NCBI GenBank assembly: GCA_047495785.1
Contig: JBLDXI010000006.1
Span: 62,001 to 126,000 of the forward strand
DNA: 64,000 nucleotides
Source: Lepidodermella squamata
Lineage: Eukaryota > Animalia > Gastrotricha
Direction: 5' to 3'
Part shown: positions 12,631 through 25,372 of the stretch, piece after piece
How positions within the stretch are numbered: the stretch's first letter is position 1
Layout of the letters: each line of letters begins with the position of its first letter
Program-made: the position numbers and the translations under genes
The notes under the pieces: generated by a model
Told to the model about the DNA's origin: nothing
Seen by the model: only the letters and a program-made list of their open reading frames with translations
Database searches by the model: none

Positions 12631-13505
12631 TGGTGGAAGCATTTTCCCGGGGTTTCATTCAAAAAATGTCAAAAAATCCGTCGTGGAAGGCTCACCACAC
12701 GCTGCCAGGCCCAGCTGCTGGTCGTTATTCACCTGTACAAAATAATATAAAACTGAGTTCTAAACAATTTCAGGAGCAGTAACACCTTGAGTATCGCGTA
12801 GAAACCGACAATTAATGAAAATTATTTATTGACAAAACGCGCGCTCACTAATAATCCATTGTTATAGGTTATTTGAGTTGAATTCGCGCATCCGAGTGCG
12901 CCCATTGTTCTAAATACTCACGGGTAACGGTTCCGCGTGGGCGAGCAGAAACTGCGATTTGCACCTTCTTATTCCTTCGGATATTCGTAAATGCAAGAGC
13001 GCCGTGAATTATGCAGGCAAGTGTTACACAACTCTTGGCAGTGCAAACCGGCGAAACCAAATATGGCCGATTTCAAAATTTAATGAAAACACGCGTACAT
13101 AGGGTAATCGATGTCGAATATAATGATTTTTCTCCTAGAAAACATGATAAATTTTTATCGGTTTTGTTTTGCTATGTCTTGAAAAATTGTATAAATTAGT
13201 CGCGCGCAACTTGATCTCAGCGCCCGCACCTTTCATTGTTTCGTGCGCATACGACTGTGACTATCCGTCGGCTGTCGTCCGCGGATTCGATGCGACAGAG
13301 CTGCGACAGTCGCATGCGACGGTACGAGACGTGTCGTACCTGTCACACATTAGTGAATCCACCTTAATGTATTGAACGCCATATTTCGAAATAGAGTTTT
13401 CTGACTGCTGAGTCAGTTAAGTCAGTAAACTGACTGTTTCCCATGTGAAATTCGTTTCACTAAATTCGATCGGTAATGTAATATGGTAACGTTTTTAATT
13501 ATATA

Positions 13506-14269
13506 CAGTGTGTCCAAAAAATTTTGCAACATTACAAATCGATGCAGCTCCCTCATTTTGGCGAATTTTTCCATGATCAAGACAGATTCTGAAAGCTCAA
13601 ATCACCGCGTTTATTTGGTTAAATTCACATAGCGTTAAGTTCAAAAATGAGAAAGATGTGACAGATAATGTGCAAAAAAATAATTTTCAAAATTACAACG
13701 ACTTTTCGAAATGTCCACCATCGTTTAAAATGCACGCGGTGCTTCGCACTAGAAAGGAATCAACGACTTTCTTCAATAATTCGGCGTTGTTGAGCTCATG
13801 CAGGATCCTTCGGATGGCATTCTTCAGATTTTCCTTGGTTCCATAGTTGCTTTTCCTTGCAAGCCTTTGCTTGAGATGACCCCAAAGCCAATAGTCGAGT
13901 GGATTCAAGTCAGGGCTGTTCGGGGGCCAAGTTTCGCCGCCTCTTGTGCCAATAATGTCATTGCAGGCAGACGTCGGAGAGTTGCCGTGAGTAAAGTAAA
14001 GCTCAACTATACGGGCTTTGACCGTTGGAGGCCACATGCAACGATTAAACAACGAAAATAGCGGTGAAAAAGTCGTTGTCAAAAAGAAATTGCATTTTTT
14101 CATTTCAAACTTTGTTTGTGCACTCATTTTAAGGCTGATTTTTATAAAATGGATATCGAAAAAAACGCGGTGATTTGAGCTTTCAGAATCTGTCTTGATC
14201 ATGGAAAAATTCGCCAAAATGAGGGAGCTGCATTGATTTGTAATGTTGCAAAATTTTTTGGACACACTG
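13506..14269 (-). mobile_element. Internally deleted Tc1/mariner-superfamily transposon (DD37D/DD41D-like)
   Basis: ~105-bp near-perfect TIRs starting cagtgtgtccaaaaaa, with a TA TSD on both sides. The residual ORF joins the N-terminus directly to WPPNSPDLNPLDYWLWG...CILNDGGHFE. Confidence 0.92.
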
Positions 14270-15768
14270 TATAAAACACAAGTTTACTGAGATAATGATA
14301 GTGATAAGAGCACGTAAGCCACTGGGTATATATTGGGCGTGGAGGAGAAAATACGATGTGAAGGTTTTTATTGAGAAAGCTTTCATCCTTAACTAATTCT
14401 ACGTCCATCTAATTCTACGTGGCATCAAAATTCGCTTTTTCACTCACTTTCTTTCTGCCGAATTTTCGCATTAAACTGGCCCGCTGTTACTTCAAAGAAT
14501 CGCACAATTCCCACATGGTTGGTTATTTTTTGCTTCAATGGAAAATATATTCCTGTACAATACAGAAACACTTTTATTAAGATGGACTTTTTATTTTCGC
14601 ATTTTCCTATATAAATGGCGTACAAGATCACTTTTTCCCGCACTTTCTAGCTAAGTTTTACCGAGTTTTTAGCAGATACAGAGGAGAAAAGCAATCTCGG
14701 ATTTACTCAGAATACAGAAACACTTTTCTTGTATGAATGGAACCGAAGATGAATACAGTCTTGAGAATTGCTTAATTCCGCCCGGTGTTTCCGCCCGCTC
14801 CCGCGTTTTAAGGTGGATCTTTTATTATTAATTTCGGTTTTAAAATCCAAATCATTGAATTACTGGGCGAACCAGACTCCATTTAGGGATTGCACTAGCA
14901 AAGCAAAAATGTGAACCAAAGAAAGCATTTTAACAAAAACCATTTTTATTGAACAATAATACTGTGGGAGAGCTTATAAACAATAGTCAGTTCTGGATGT
15001 GACATGCACCGTGCAGTTGTGCAGTTAATTACTTGACAACTGGCGTCGACCATGAAATGGCGTGATTCAAACCGGTTCCTCAAGCTTGACAGGATCACAG
15101 CCCAACAATGCCAATGCCGTCGCTTCGCATAAAGATTTTCCACCGAAACTCGTTTAACAGCATAAAGCATAGTCGGCGTATCATTTCCTGGAATTTTGAA
15201 CCGTGCTAATCGTCTCAAACGCCAATTCTTCGATGTATTGTTGCAGCAACGCCTTCAAAATCATCGCCTTCATCGCCGTCGGATCGAGCGCTGGAATCTG
15301 ATCGGCCAGGAGAAATTTCGTGCTTTTGCTAAAGTAGCTCGATATCTTGAGCATTGCGGTTTTAACGAGCTGATTGGTGTCGCTCAGACTATGCAACAGC
15401 CATCATGTACATTTGGTTAGAATCCACTGCGTTTCCGAGGATTAAATCGCCGATGCCGTGCGTGGTTTCCACCAACAAAGAATTCAGTGCAAAAATTGAT
15501 TTAAAAAAGGAATGAAACAAAAAGAATATGTTAAACGATTTTTTAAGGTTGATTATTTAATTTCAACAAAATTAATTAAGTCAGACACCGTGGGTATATG
15601 AGTGTTTAGGCATTTTATCCAGATTTCCAGTGGAAAATTGGGTTTTTATTCAGAAAATAACCAACAATGTGGGAACAGGAATCCTAAACTTGTGTTTCGG
15701 GCAAAAACTCGATTTCATTTGTTCTTGCTGATAATGCCATACATAAGTTTGAACGATTTTGTGTCCGC

Positions 15769-16705
15769 TCAGCTTCCGCACGTGTCGACAGCGAACCCGG
15801 TAACAAGCAAATCGGTGTTCTTGTAAGTTATTGAATTGTCCGTAAAGTCTGCACAGCAATCCGCAAAAGAAATGTAACCTGTGGTCAGGAAGAATGTCTA
15901 AAGGTTTTGAGTTTGTCACAAGCAAGTTTTCGAGACATATTAAACACTTACGGTACCAGCGAGTGAAAATTTGTTTGTCGTAGTACAGGAACTGGGAAAA
16001 CGAACGCACTTCGCCGACGAAGTCTGAGTAGTAGTTTTACTGCACACTTTGTAGGGAGTATTGTCCACGGCACGCATGCAATACAATAGCGGGGTTGAAG
16101 CCGGCTTGTACGTGTCGTAGACGACGGTACCAGGAGCAAGAGCATCGCAACAAGCCTGGAACGTGTTAAAGGATGTCGTAGGTACGCCAGTAGCAGGCTA
16201 GAGCAAAAAGGGAAATTATGGCTATTTCGCCAAATCATTGTTACAATCAATAAATATATACCACAGCTGTAGGTGTTACAGAGCATGCAGTGGAAGCCAC
16301 ACTGGTGCAGAATTTGATGACATTATTGGTAACAGTGCCTGATGGGTTATCTGGGCTTATTGATGTTATCATTGATGTGGTAATCTGGCACATAGCGTAT
16401 GCGTTCTAAAGGGCGACATATGGGTAGAGCAATCAACCTTGCATTATCAGACATTTTACGTTATCGGTGCAAGATTGCGTCGAGGGGCATCCTTTTGAGG
16501 AACAGGTTGTTCCCGAAGCGCAAGTGCTCGAACAACTCGGGCAACTTTGACAGCTTGTGCATGTTGGACAGTTTGCTGATGAGGCTGGGCATGGCGTGGT
16601 TGGGCTTGCCGTTGTGGTTGAGCCCAAATTCAAAGGTGATGATGCCGGGGCAGGGCAGGCGTAACATCCGGCGAGAACGCCGGCCAAAACGAAAAGAGCT
16701 CTCAT
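15769..16705 (-). CDS. Secreted Cys/Thr-rich protein, copy B (4 exons)
   Basis: Identical signal peptide and the same three intron positions as copy A. Ends ...SFADCC...TGFAVDTCGS*. Confidence 0.78.
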
Positions 16706-17414
16706 GTTAACTTCAGCTAAGAATAGAAAAGAATCAAGTTGCCGAGGAAAATAATGATTTCTTGCTCACTTTCAGCCGTTTTAAATACCTTCGACCAGTC
16801 GAGCAAGTATTCGCGTAGGAGTAGTAATTAAAGTGAGCGAAAAAATTTGTCACGTTGTTTGCCATTTGCGCGTGTCATCTGCCCTTCGAATCAATTATGA
16901 TAAAAAAAATCCTGGGAACTGAATGTGAGCATGTGCCCTGCGGCAGCCACGAACACCACAGGCATTCCATGAATTGACTGACACTGCAGTATATTTGGAA
17001 GATTCTTTTCTTTCACGATTTCACATATATAGAGTACTATGCTCACGCCACATCGCGAATGCCCTTGGACAAGCAGCATCACATTGCTGTCATTTTTCAC
17101 ATTCTTCAGGCTGCGTGAGTTGGTGGGCATGACGTGGTGTTGAAGTTCGAGGGAGGGCAAGAATGGCATGCAGCAACCGAGTGCAACACAGCCATGAAAG
17201 TCTTTATTCGTATTCATTGAAATGCTGGAAAATGCTGGAAAGCAATACACCGTGGAAGGCTCCCTTACTTTTGAACTAGTCTTAACTGGTGATAGTCTGC
17301 TCAATGAGCGAAGGTCGCTTTAAGATCCGAATGAAGTTGTTGTGAGAAGAAAAATACGTTTTTTTTTACTCGGGTAATCATTTTATCACGGATGGGTTAA
17401 GCCTTGGCCTGTAA

Positions 17415-17590
17415 TATAACAGCTTTATATTTGTATGGTATGACATGAGTAAAACGTTTATATCTGTACGGAGCCGCCCGAGATTTACGAGTCGTAACGA
17501 GCCGGAGGCGAGTTGCGATGAGTAAATCGAGTGCGGCGAGTTCAGATATGAACGATTTACGAATGTTATACCGTAAAATATCGAATTGTC
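17415..17590. repeat. ~170-bp imperfect palindrome (foldback)
   Basis: Left arm ggtatgacatgagtaaaacgtttatatctg..gccgc..gatttac pairs with right arm gtaaatc..gcggc..cagatatgaacgatttacgaatgttatacc around a central gagccggaggcgag. Confidence 0.7.
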
Positions 17591-17738
17591 ATAGCGACTC
17601 GACCTATATTTTTGACGACAATTCTATATTTCAATGTAGCAATGGAATTCTCGACGTGAAGCAAATGATTCACAAATTGTCAGCAATTTTCATTTTCGGC
17701 GCATATCGAAAATGTTATTTTATTGAAAAGCTACCATC

Positions 17739-20433
17739 TCAGCCATTTGCGCGATACTCTACAACAGGAATTTTCTTTTCCCGCAAGATGTTTAGTATTC
17801 CGTCTGTTGTCGTCGTTGTAGTAGTAGGCGTGGTGGTTGTTGTTGTCGTTGTCGTCGATGTTGTCGTCGCGAGGACATACGTCGCCGCTGTTGCATTCAC
17901 CTGACACGACAGGGCCAGCTTAGTTTCGTGAGAGATGCTGCGCCAACCTCCAAAATTGTCACGAATATTGGTGGCACTTGCTGCTGATTCAGGATTGCAG
18001 TACATAGCCAAATTGTTTTGCGCAGGCTCCGATGCGATAACGTCGAGAGGGTCTGAAATCAACAAATTGGATGAATCCATCCACTTCCACGTCCACGGTC
18101 CATCTAAATGTAAATGAATGACTGTTATCGCAAGACTTTTCACAAAACCAACCCGTGGTAGAGCACCACACACCGATCCTCAACTGTATGCCGAGCCGGT
18201 TAGTCGTAGCTCTAGCAAATAGGTTCAACGCTTCCGTTCGAGGTGAAAATATGATTGCACCGGGCGACTCCAACTTGCATTTATCCTGACACTCCCAGAA
18301 TGTGGCTGTAACGTTGCTTTTCAATAAGAAGCATATGTCATTGAATTTCACCCAGCCATCTGGGCAGGTCCAGCAGGCTCGAGAATATTCGCAAATGTAG
18401 TTGAACGGCCCGGAGTAGTTTGAGGTGCCGATAGCCTGCCATTTCTTATTATTATTTTGATACCTCAAATAAAACGTGAAGTCTGTTTTGATTGAAGGGC
18501 TTGGGCTGAACCTCAACCAGGGCATCGCACTAGCTGCGAAACTGCCATCGTCATACTGCCAAATGAACCGAGGCCCGATGGCTGGAGCCATGCCATCCAT
18601 CCAATTGAAAATTCCATCTTCATAATCAAAATGTATCCACCTTGAATAACGAGAGGTTAATGACTATACCCGGATCTGCGACAAAACCGTTCGATAGCGT
18701 CCAGCCGGAGCCGGTGCCCCCACCGCCTCGCCTAGCGTAATCTTGTAGGCCCAGCCAATAGGGATTATCCTCCTTGGCTTCATCCATGACAGCGTCCAAC
18801 TCCTCCTGTGAGTTTGGGACGAAGAAATGAGCGCCATTTTCGGTGCACTTCTGCAAAGCTACTAAATGGTGTTCGGCAGACCTGATGGGGTTAAAATGTT
18901 GATCACACCCGGAAGAGAGTTATTGAATAAACTGACGTTGAGTAGAAATAGCAGCTATCGAAGCAACCATTGTACTTATAACCAGCTGGGCAAGAAACTG
19001 AAAAATCCTTTCAAATTATCGTAGAAAAACATGGCATAACTTTGGCATCAAACCGTTCCGCGAGCAGGCTGGCTGCTGGCAATTGGTAGGAGGGGTTGAG
19101 GAAGTCTCGCGGGGAGCTGGCGATTCCGTCACAGCAGTCGAGGTGGTGCCAGAATATTGCAGTATTGCTGGCTGTTGGCAACCAACGCCCTTGTTGCTGC
19201 TCGACGAGCCTTGCCAGCCTTCCCATCCGTCTCTTATCGCGACAACTGTCGTCGAGTCCGGAACCTACCGAACGAACGAATTATCATTACATTTGCTATT
19301 AATATTCTCGATCGAATTCATACCGATTTCATAGCCTCATCCGAAGTCTTAGGCTCGCTAGTTTTCATATCGCAAGGGTCGCTGGCTAAAACAGTGTCAT
19401 TCATGTCTGCCCATATCCATCTCTGGTCTGCAGTGCCAGATAAAAATGTATCTTCTAAGGTGTATATCTTACTGTTTTTATAAAGTCCAAGCCACATCTC
19501 CTTTGAAAATTCGTTGGTCATCATTCGCTGATAAACTAAAATTGCCTCCGTCCGAGGCACCCAAACGTAGGAATTAGCATCAGACGATTTGCAGAAGTTG
19601 TAAGCTGCGCTCGAGCCAAAATCTGTGGTTTTGAAAAGAAAACATTGGTCGAGGTACTTGACCCAACCAGCCGGGCAACTAGCGCAAGCTGTTGAGTATT
19701 CACAGATGTAACCCTTGGATCTTGAGAAGTCACTCTCTGCAACGAGTGCCCAATTGCCACTGACAGATCTCAGGGCAACAGTGAAGCTTGTCGAAGCTGG
19801 TACGTCAACCCACGCAAGCCACGGCTTTGTTTTCTCATAGAAAAGGTTGTTTGTAGTGTTTTTCGTGATTGTCAAAGCTGAAATGCTAGGATTTGATCCA
19901 TCCATCCAGTTGAAAATCCTATCTAAAAATCACCGAGGATGTTGCTCGGCCTCGCCGGAAAATTCTTTACCGTTATCAGCAATGTAGCCTGACGAAAACG
20001 GCCAGACGGAACCTCCGCCGCCCCGTCTCGCCCAATCTTGTAAACCGATGAAGAATTCGCTCGAAGTCGAAAGTTGCGTCGTTATGAAGTTGAGTTCGGA
20101 CTGACTGTTCGGCACGAAGAAATGCGCTCCAACTTTCATGCATGATCGCAGAGCGATTTGATACGCCGTGGCGGTGCTGATTCCAAAGGAATGTTTTCAA
20201 AATCATCCCCTCGTCAAAGAAGGCTTACGTATTGAAGAGATAACAGCTGTCATAACATGAGTTATAGGTGTAGCCAGCCGGGCAGTTTTTCGAAGCTGGA
20301 ATTTGAACTTCGAAGAAATTTCAGCAATCTGCTATAGGTTTTTACGATTTATGTTGCAGGCAGCAGCACATTGGCCTAGGGCCAAATGAAAGTTGCCCAG
20401 CGTCAGGATCAAAGCAGCTAGCAAGCTATCCAT
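17739..20433 (-). CDS. Secreted four-domain C-type lectin (2x2 internal duplication) with Thr-rich linkers; multi-exon
   Basis: Signal peptide from 20433. CPAGY.YN.C.DSCY, GAHFFVPNSQ.EL, GLQD.ARRGGGG and YICEYS.AC..CP.GWVK..D.CF each occur twice. Short GT-AG introns explain the ORF breaks. Confidence 0.85.
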
Positions 20434-21207
20434 TCTCAGTTAGACTTGAAACGTCGCAAATTATATTGTGCCAGCCTTAGAAGGACAATCGAATGCTGTA
20501 GCTTGATCCCTTTAATGCAAATGTTTTTCAACCTCAAGCAATGTATTGCTGCGATTTGCTATTTATTCTTTTCCACGTCTTGTTCAATTATTGAAGAAGT
20601 AGCTGCTTGAATTAAACATGCTCGTCAATAATACTATACGAAAAGTATTCCATTGACTAGCAACCCCAGCATAGGTCTCACATGCAGCATAAAAAAGCTC
20701 GAACTCAATTCTGAGCTTCAATTTAACAGGATGCTCAATGAATTAGGTCCAAATTCATGACACTGAAATTAGGGTCCTAATTTACCCTATTCCTAAACCG
20801 ATGACTAAACCTTTGGTTATTCCTAAACCAAATTTACGGTGAGCGGAACCTAAATTGCTGTAGCGGAAACAAACTTTGAAATTTCCCAATGGCCTGAAAC
20901 CACGTTTCACTATGACTTTTCAGATATTTCTTGCGGGTCACAAAAATTCAAGAAAAAATCACCAGCAAATTCAGCGTGCCATTCTCTATAAGACAGCTTT
21001 CAATTCCGAATTCATGCTTCACCTAAAATTTGTGAAAATATTCAAAAAATTACTCTGTGATTATTTCGACTTGGTTCCTCTAGGACACTACGATTTCAGT
21101 GTCCCTAAATTTTAAATTCTATTGTTTTATTGCTGTTGCCAGTGTGAAAGAAAGAGATGAAGTCGAGCTTGAATATATTTTGTGAAAAAAATCAACAATC
21201 GTATTAA

Positions 21208-22228
21208 TTAAGGCTCGTTTAAATTCTCAGCAAATTGTGAGTCCTGTTCTTGCTGGAACGTATCCTCCGAACCATCATCTGCAATTTGCCTAGCAGTGCC
21301 CTGCTCACTATCGATCGCATCAACAAATACTTCCTCGTCGATCGATTTCATCGAAAAAGACATCGATAAATGCTTTGAAATTCGATAATAACAACGCATT
21401 ATGAACCGAGAAGACACTGATGACTAACGCCGTACATCCTAATTCAACCCAGTAATAATAAGTTGATTTTTCAAAGTTCATCATCATCAAAACTGCTGTA
21501 AAAATGCCAATTTCACAACTCGGGCTGAAATGGTCGTTGTAAGCAAAATGCGATCCAGCGGCAACATGGCCGTCCAAATCTGGCTCAAATAACGCTATCA
21601 TCACGTAGCTCATCACGAGCGAGTAGATATGCATGAGTGCGGCGATGTAGAACAAAATTGAAGGGCATAACAGAATACTAGAAGAGCTTCGCAAAATTCC
21701 CTCCCGAATCCTAGCAGTTGGGCCGATTTCTCTCAAGCGAATATCAACTAGTTGCCAGAATCCAATAGCCGCGAATAAATCGTTGCCAGTTATTTGCGGA
21801 TAGATCAGCTCACCGCCGCCCGTGTACCATTGGAAAATATAGAACATGAAAACAAGCAAACGTTGAACTTCGTCTCGAGAATCTTGGTGATAACAGTTGA
21901 TAAGTTTCAGGCCGCTATTCGCAACAGCAAAATAGCCCATCAGTTTCAAATGAAACGTAGCAAACCATGGCCAGAAGTAGTGAATCGCTAGCATGGCGAC
22001 AGTTATAAGGCTCAATATGCCTTGATATCGGTCGCGTTCTCGGGAAAGAGGCGATCGAATTAAGGCGGCTGATCGCTGCATGGCGTTCCACGCTTTGGTT
22101 AGCGCATTTTCGTATCGAATAGCCGTAGCTGGGTGGCGAAACAGGCCGCGTAAAATGTAACGGAAAACATAGTTGGAACTCGCCGTAATACTATTGTTGC
22201 TGCTGATATTTTCTGAATAATTATCCAT
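21208..22228 (-). CDS. Paralog of the 8702-9865 membrane protein with a frameshifted tail
   Basis: 302-aa ORF. The acidic tail (IDEEVFVDAIDSEQ...) continues in another frame after a 4-bp ATCG duplication at ~21340. Confidence 0.7.
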
Positions 22229-22819
22229 TATTTATTTCTGTGATGATATGCTTTGATAGAGCTAATTTTTTTTCTAATGACTTGTGCTGTTATCACTCTT
22301 CACCCACATTACCTTTGCACATTTGTGTAATATGAATAATACAGGGCTGATATCATTGGGTGACAGCGATAAGACTCTTTTTTTGTCATTCACATGATAC
22401 TAGCAAGAATCTGAAAAATATTTAAAAAATTGTAAAAATCTGATTTTGAAAACTATTATTTTAGATTTAATTAATTTTCTTAATATTTTCCTAAAATATG
22501 GTTTTTCGAGTTTTACTTCATCCCTAAAATTTCTATTTTTTTTTATTTTAACTTTTTGTGCGATAAGCAGTCATTTTGCGACCTGAAGAGCTGATATCGA
22601 TTCCAAGTATCGATATTGCAAATCAGTAATTTTTCCGATATCAGCAGTCTGAAAAGCCAACTTTGAACCTAGCTAATGGTACCAGTTAGCTATAAAATGA
22701 ACAATTCTCAAGGTCATGCGGGGCATCCGCGACCGCGATAATCGGAAAAATTGTAGTGCCATAGCTTCGATTTTTAGTTGTGACATATTTTGACCCAAAG
22801 GATCTTGATTAATCAAGGT

Positions 22820-24270
22820 TTATTTCATAATGAATTTTTTGAAATACAGCAGACCACTCAGTTTTTCAATGATTTCTGTTATATTCTCGGATATTTCCGT
22901 TACGTGAATGTCAAGGCCAAGCAATTGCAAAGCGGCTCGAATTCGATCGTCACGGTCCTTATCGGCGTGGTCGCTTTTGAGCAGTTCATCGACGGTTATC
23001 AATTCGTCCTGAAGCTTCTGAGCAGCAGCTTTATCGTCAGATTCGGCGTATTTTTGTAGGGTGCACAACTCACGCGGCAAGACATTCGCCATTGGACTGA
23101 TAATTCCACTTGCTCCTTGAAAAAATTTGAAAAATGAATAGATTGATAGTTTAAACAACAAACTTCGAAATGGAAAAATTTGATTTTAATTAAAAAAAAT
23201 TCTAGTTAAAAAATTCAACATTTAAATAATTTGAAAGTAACTTGAAAATATAAAAAATTGAAAAATAATTGATGAATTTTAATATTTTTTTTACCTGATT
23301 TCAAGCATGGTAGAAATTGCGAAGCAGATGATGTTAAAATTCGAAACGGTGTCACTCGGCTTGCCATTGATTTTGTCCCACTTCCGATATCGGAAATATG
23401 CGCCAGAACAGGTTTCTCCAAAATCCCGGCTATGTTTTTGTGCTCAGCCAGATGAATGACAGTTTTCACCGTTAGACGCGGCGCTGGGTGCTTTTCGGCA
23501 TCCGCAAATTTCGCCTCGGCGTTATCGATTATCAACGGAATTCGGCTGTGAGAAGCGACCTGGTTATTTTTGAAATAATAAACAAATGGTTTTGAAAAAT
23601 TGGAAAAATATTTAGGTCACCTTGTGAAAATGATAAACCAGTTCGTCCTCGGTGTAATCTTTAACCATGGACGTGACCAAGACTGCATCGGCACCGGCCG
23701 ACGACGCGTTATTCATAGCCTCGATTTCATCAGGAACAGCTTTTAAATAAATTTAAAATAATTTAAAAAAGTTCACACAAATATTGGATAAGCACACACC
23801 CTATTATAGAAATTCAAGCACTAAAATTTGGCAAATGTCAAAAAATTAAAAAAGAAATTAGCTTTTTATAATATTTCAAGTCACAGGGTTACATGGTTAC
23901 CCACCCAAAGGACTCAATAATAGAAAAATCGGAAAATATCGTAATAATTACCGGCTATTAAAACTCGTTTATTGCCAACAGTTTTGCGGACACCGTCGAG
24001 AAATTTGAAAATTTCACTGCTGTTATCGGCAATAACAGGCGGCGGTTCGACGATGAAACCGGCGATCGGCGATTTGTCGAGATGCCGCAACAGCTTGCAA
24101 TACCGATCGACGTCGATTGAACCGTCCGTGTTGAAACTTGGCTGGATGAGGCGCGGGAAGACGCCGGCGGCTTTGAACGCTTCGAGTTGGTACGACTCGG
24201 CGTAGTTTGACAACAGCCGGCGGCAGAGGAACACGCCGGTTTTACTAGCAAAGAATCGCTGAATATTCAT
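22820..24270 (-). CDS. Mitochondrial HOGA1/DapA-family aldolase-like protein lacking catalytic residues; multi-exon, 3' end uncertain
   Basis: Transit-like N-terminus, GVFP....F..DGSID, LIAG, AGADAVLV, LAEHKNIAGI and GASGIISPMANVLP. The expected GIK Schiff-base Lys reads GIL. Confidence 0.8.
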
Positions 24271-25372
24271 AATTTCAGAGGGGAAAAATTATTAATTTGA
24301 AAATTGAGAATACTCAAATGATTACATTCAGATCATTCCTTTGTGCGTCACTTTTATATTGTTGCGTGTCGAAAAAAGGCCGGAACTTTCCACTGAATGT
24401 TACGTAGGAACTGAAAGTAACACTGAAAAATCTCGTGCGAAAAATGGGCGAATAAAATTGGAAATTACTGGATACCTAATGATTTGAAAAAAATCATAAA
24501 TTCAAATTATTTTAAATTTTAAATTTTCATAATTTAATTAAAATTAACCTGTCTCTGATTCTGCACCGAAAAATTCAGGAAGCAAAAAATCGATTTTTCG
24601 ATTGGTCGAACTTCGATTGGAAAAAGCGATTGGTGTTGAACTTTGAAGAGCACCTTCGGTTTTTTATTTTTATATAATAATCATGGTGCAGATACCACCA
24701 GCGTAGTTCTTCTGTTTCCTTGTTTTCAAAGCAAAACCGCGTTTTCCAAGTCCGCCTAGCAAATATTACGCCCAAAATAACAGCTGATACAAACGACCTC
24801 TGCTCTTAACAATTATTACCTTCAAACTTTTCGAATTTTAAATTCTCAACTTGTGCGGAGATTCTACTTTCTTTCCTTTCATTTAACTTTTTGAAAATTG
24901 ATGCGAATTTTCCCAGCCACTTGATGAATCATCAAAAAATCCATGAATAATAAATGACTGGCATAGTACTATATTTGTATACCCTGTACTACTACAACAA
25001 ATGTATTTGCCGTAACTCTTTTTTTCCTATATAATATCGCTATACCGGCTAATAAAAACAGTATGTACAGACAGCATCTGCTGTGATGATTCATCCATTA
25101 CCCTCAAGGGTTATGTGATAAAAAAAATAAAGCCTTATCTTGCTTTAGACTCATTGCACAGAATTTTCTTTTATTGCTACACTGGAGGAGAATATTTAAC
25201 CCTTGAATAATATTACCAGCTAATTTACTCTCATTTTCGTACTCGGATTTTTTTTGAGAAAATACCGAAAAATTACCAAATATTCAACAAATTTCAAAAT
25301 TATTTTCAAAATTCTAAGAAATTCTCAAATATTTTATTCAATTTTCTAGATAATTTTTAATAAATTTGAAAA

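Noticed and set aside
12299-12658. 119-aa ORF and its 137-aa twin at 16891-17304
   Set aside because: The identity reflects the DNA duplication. There are no recognisable motifs, so it is probably upstream or remnant sequence.
14946-15420. Cluster of short ORFs
   Set aside because: Interrupted by stops with no identifiable family. At most an unassignable gene remnant.
20750-21112. Telomere-like cctaaa repeats or a TIR element
   Set aside because: The repeats are few and degenerate, with only an 11-bp inverted match (gacactgaaat) and no TSD.
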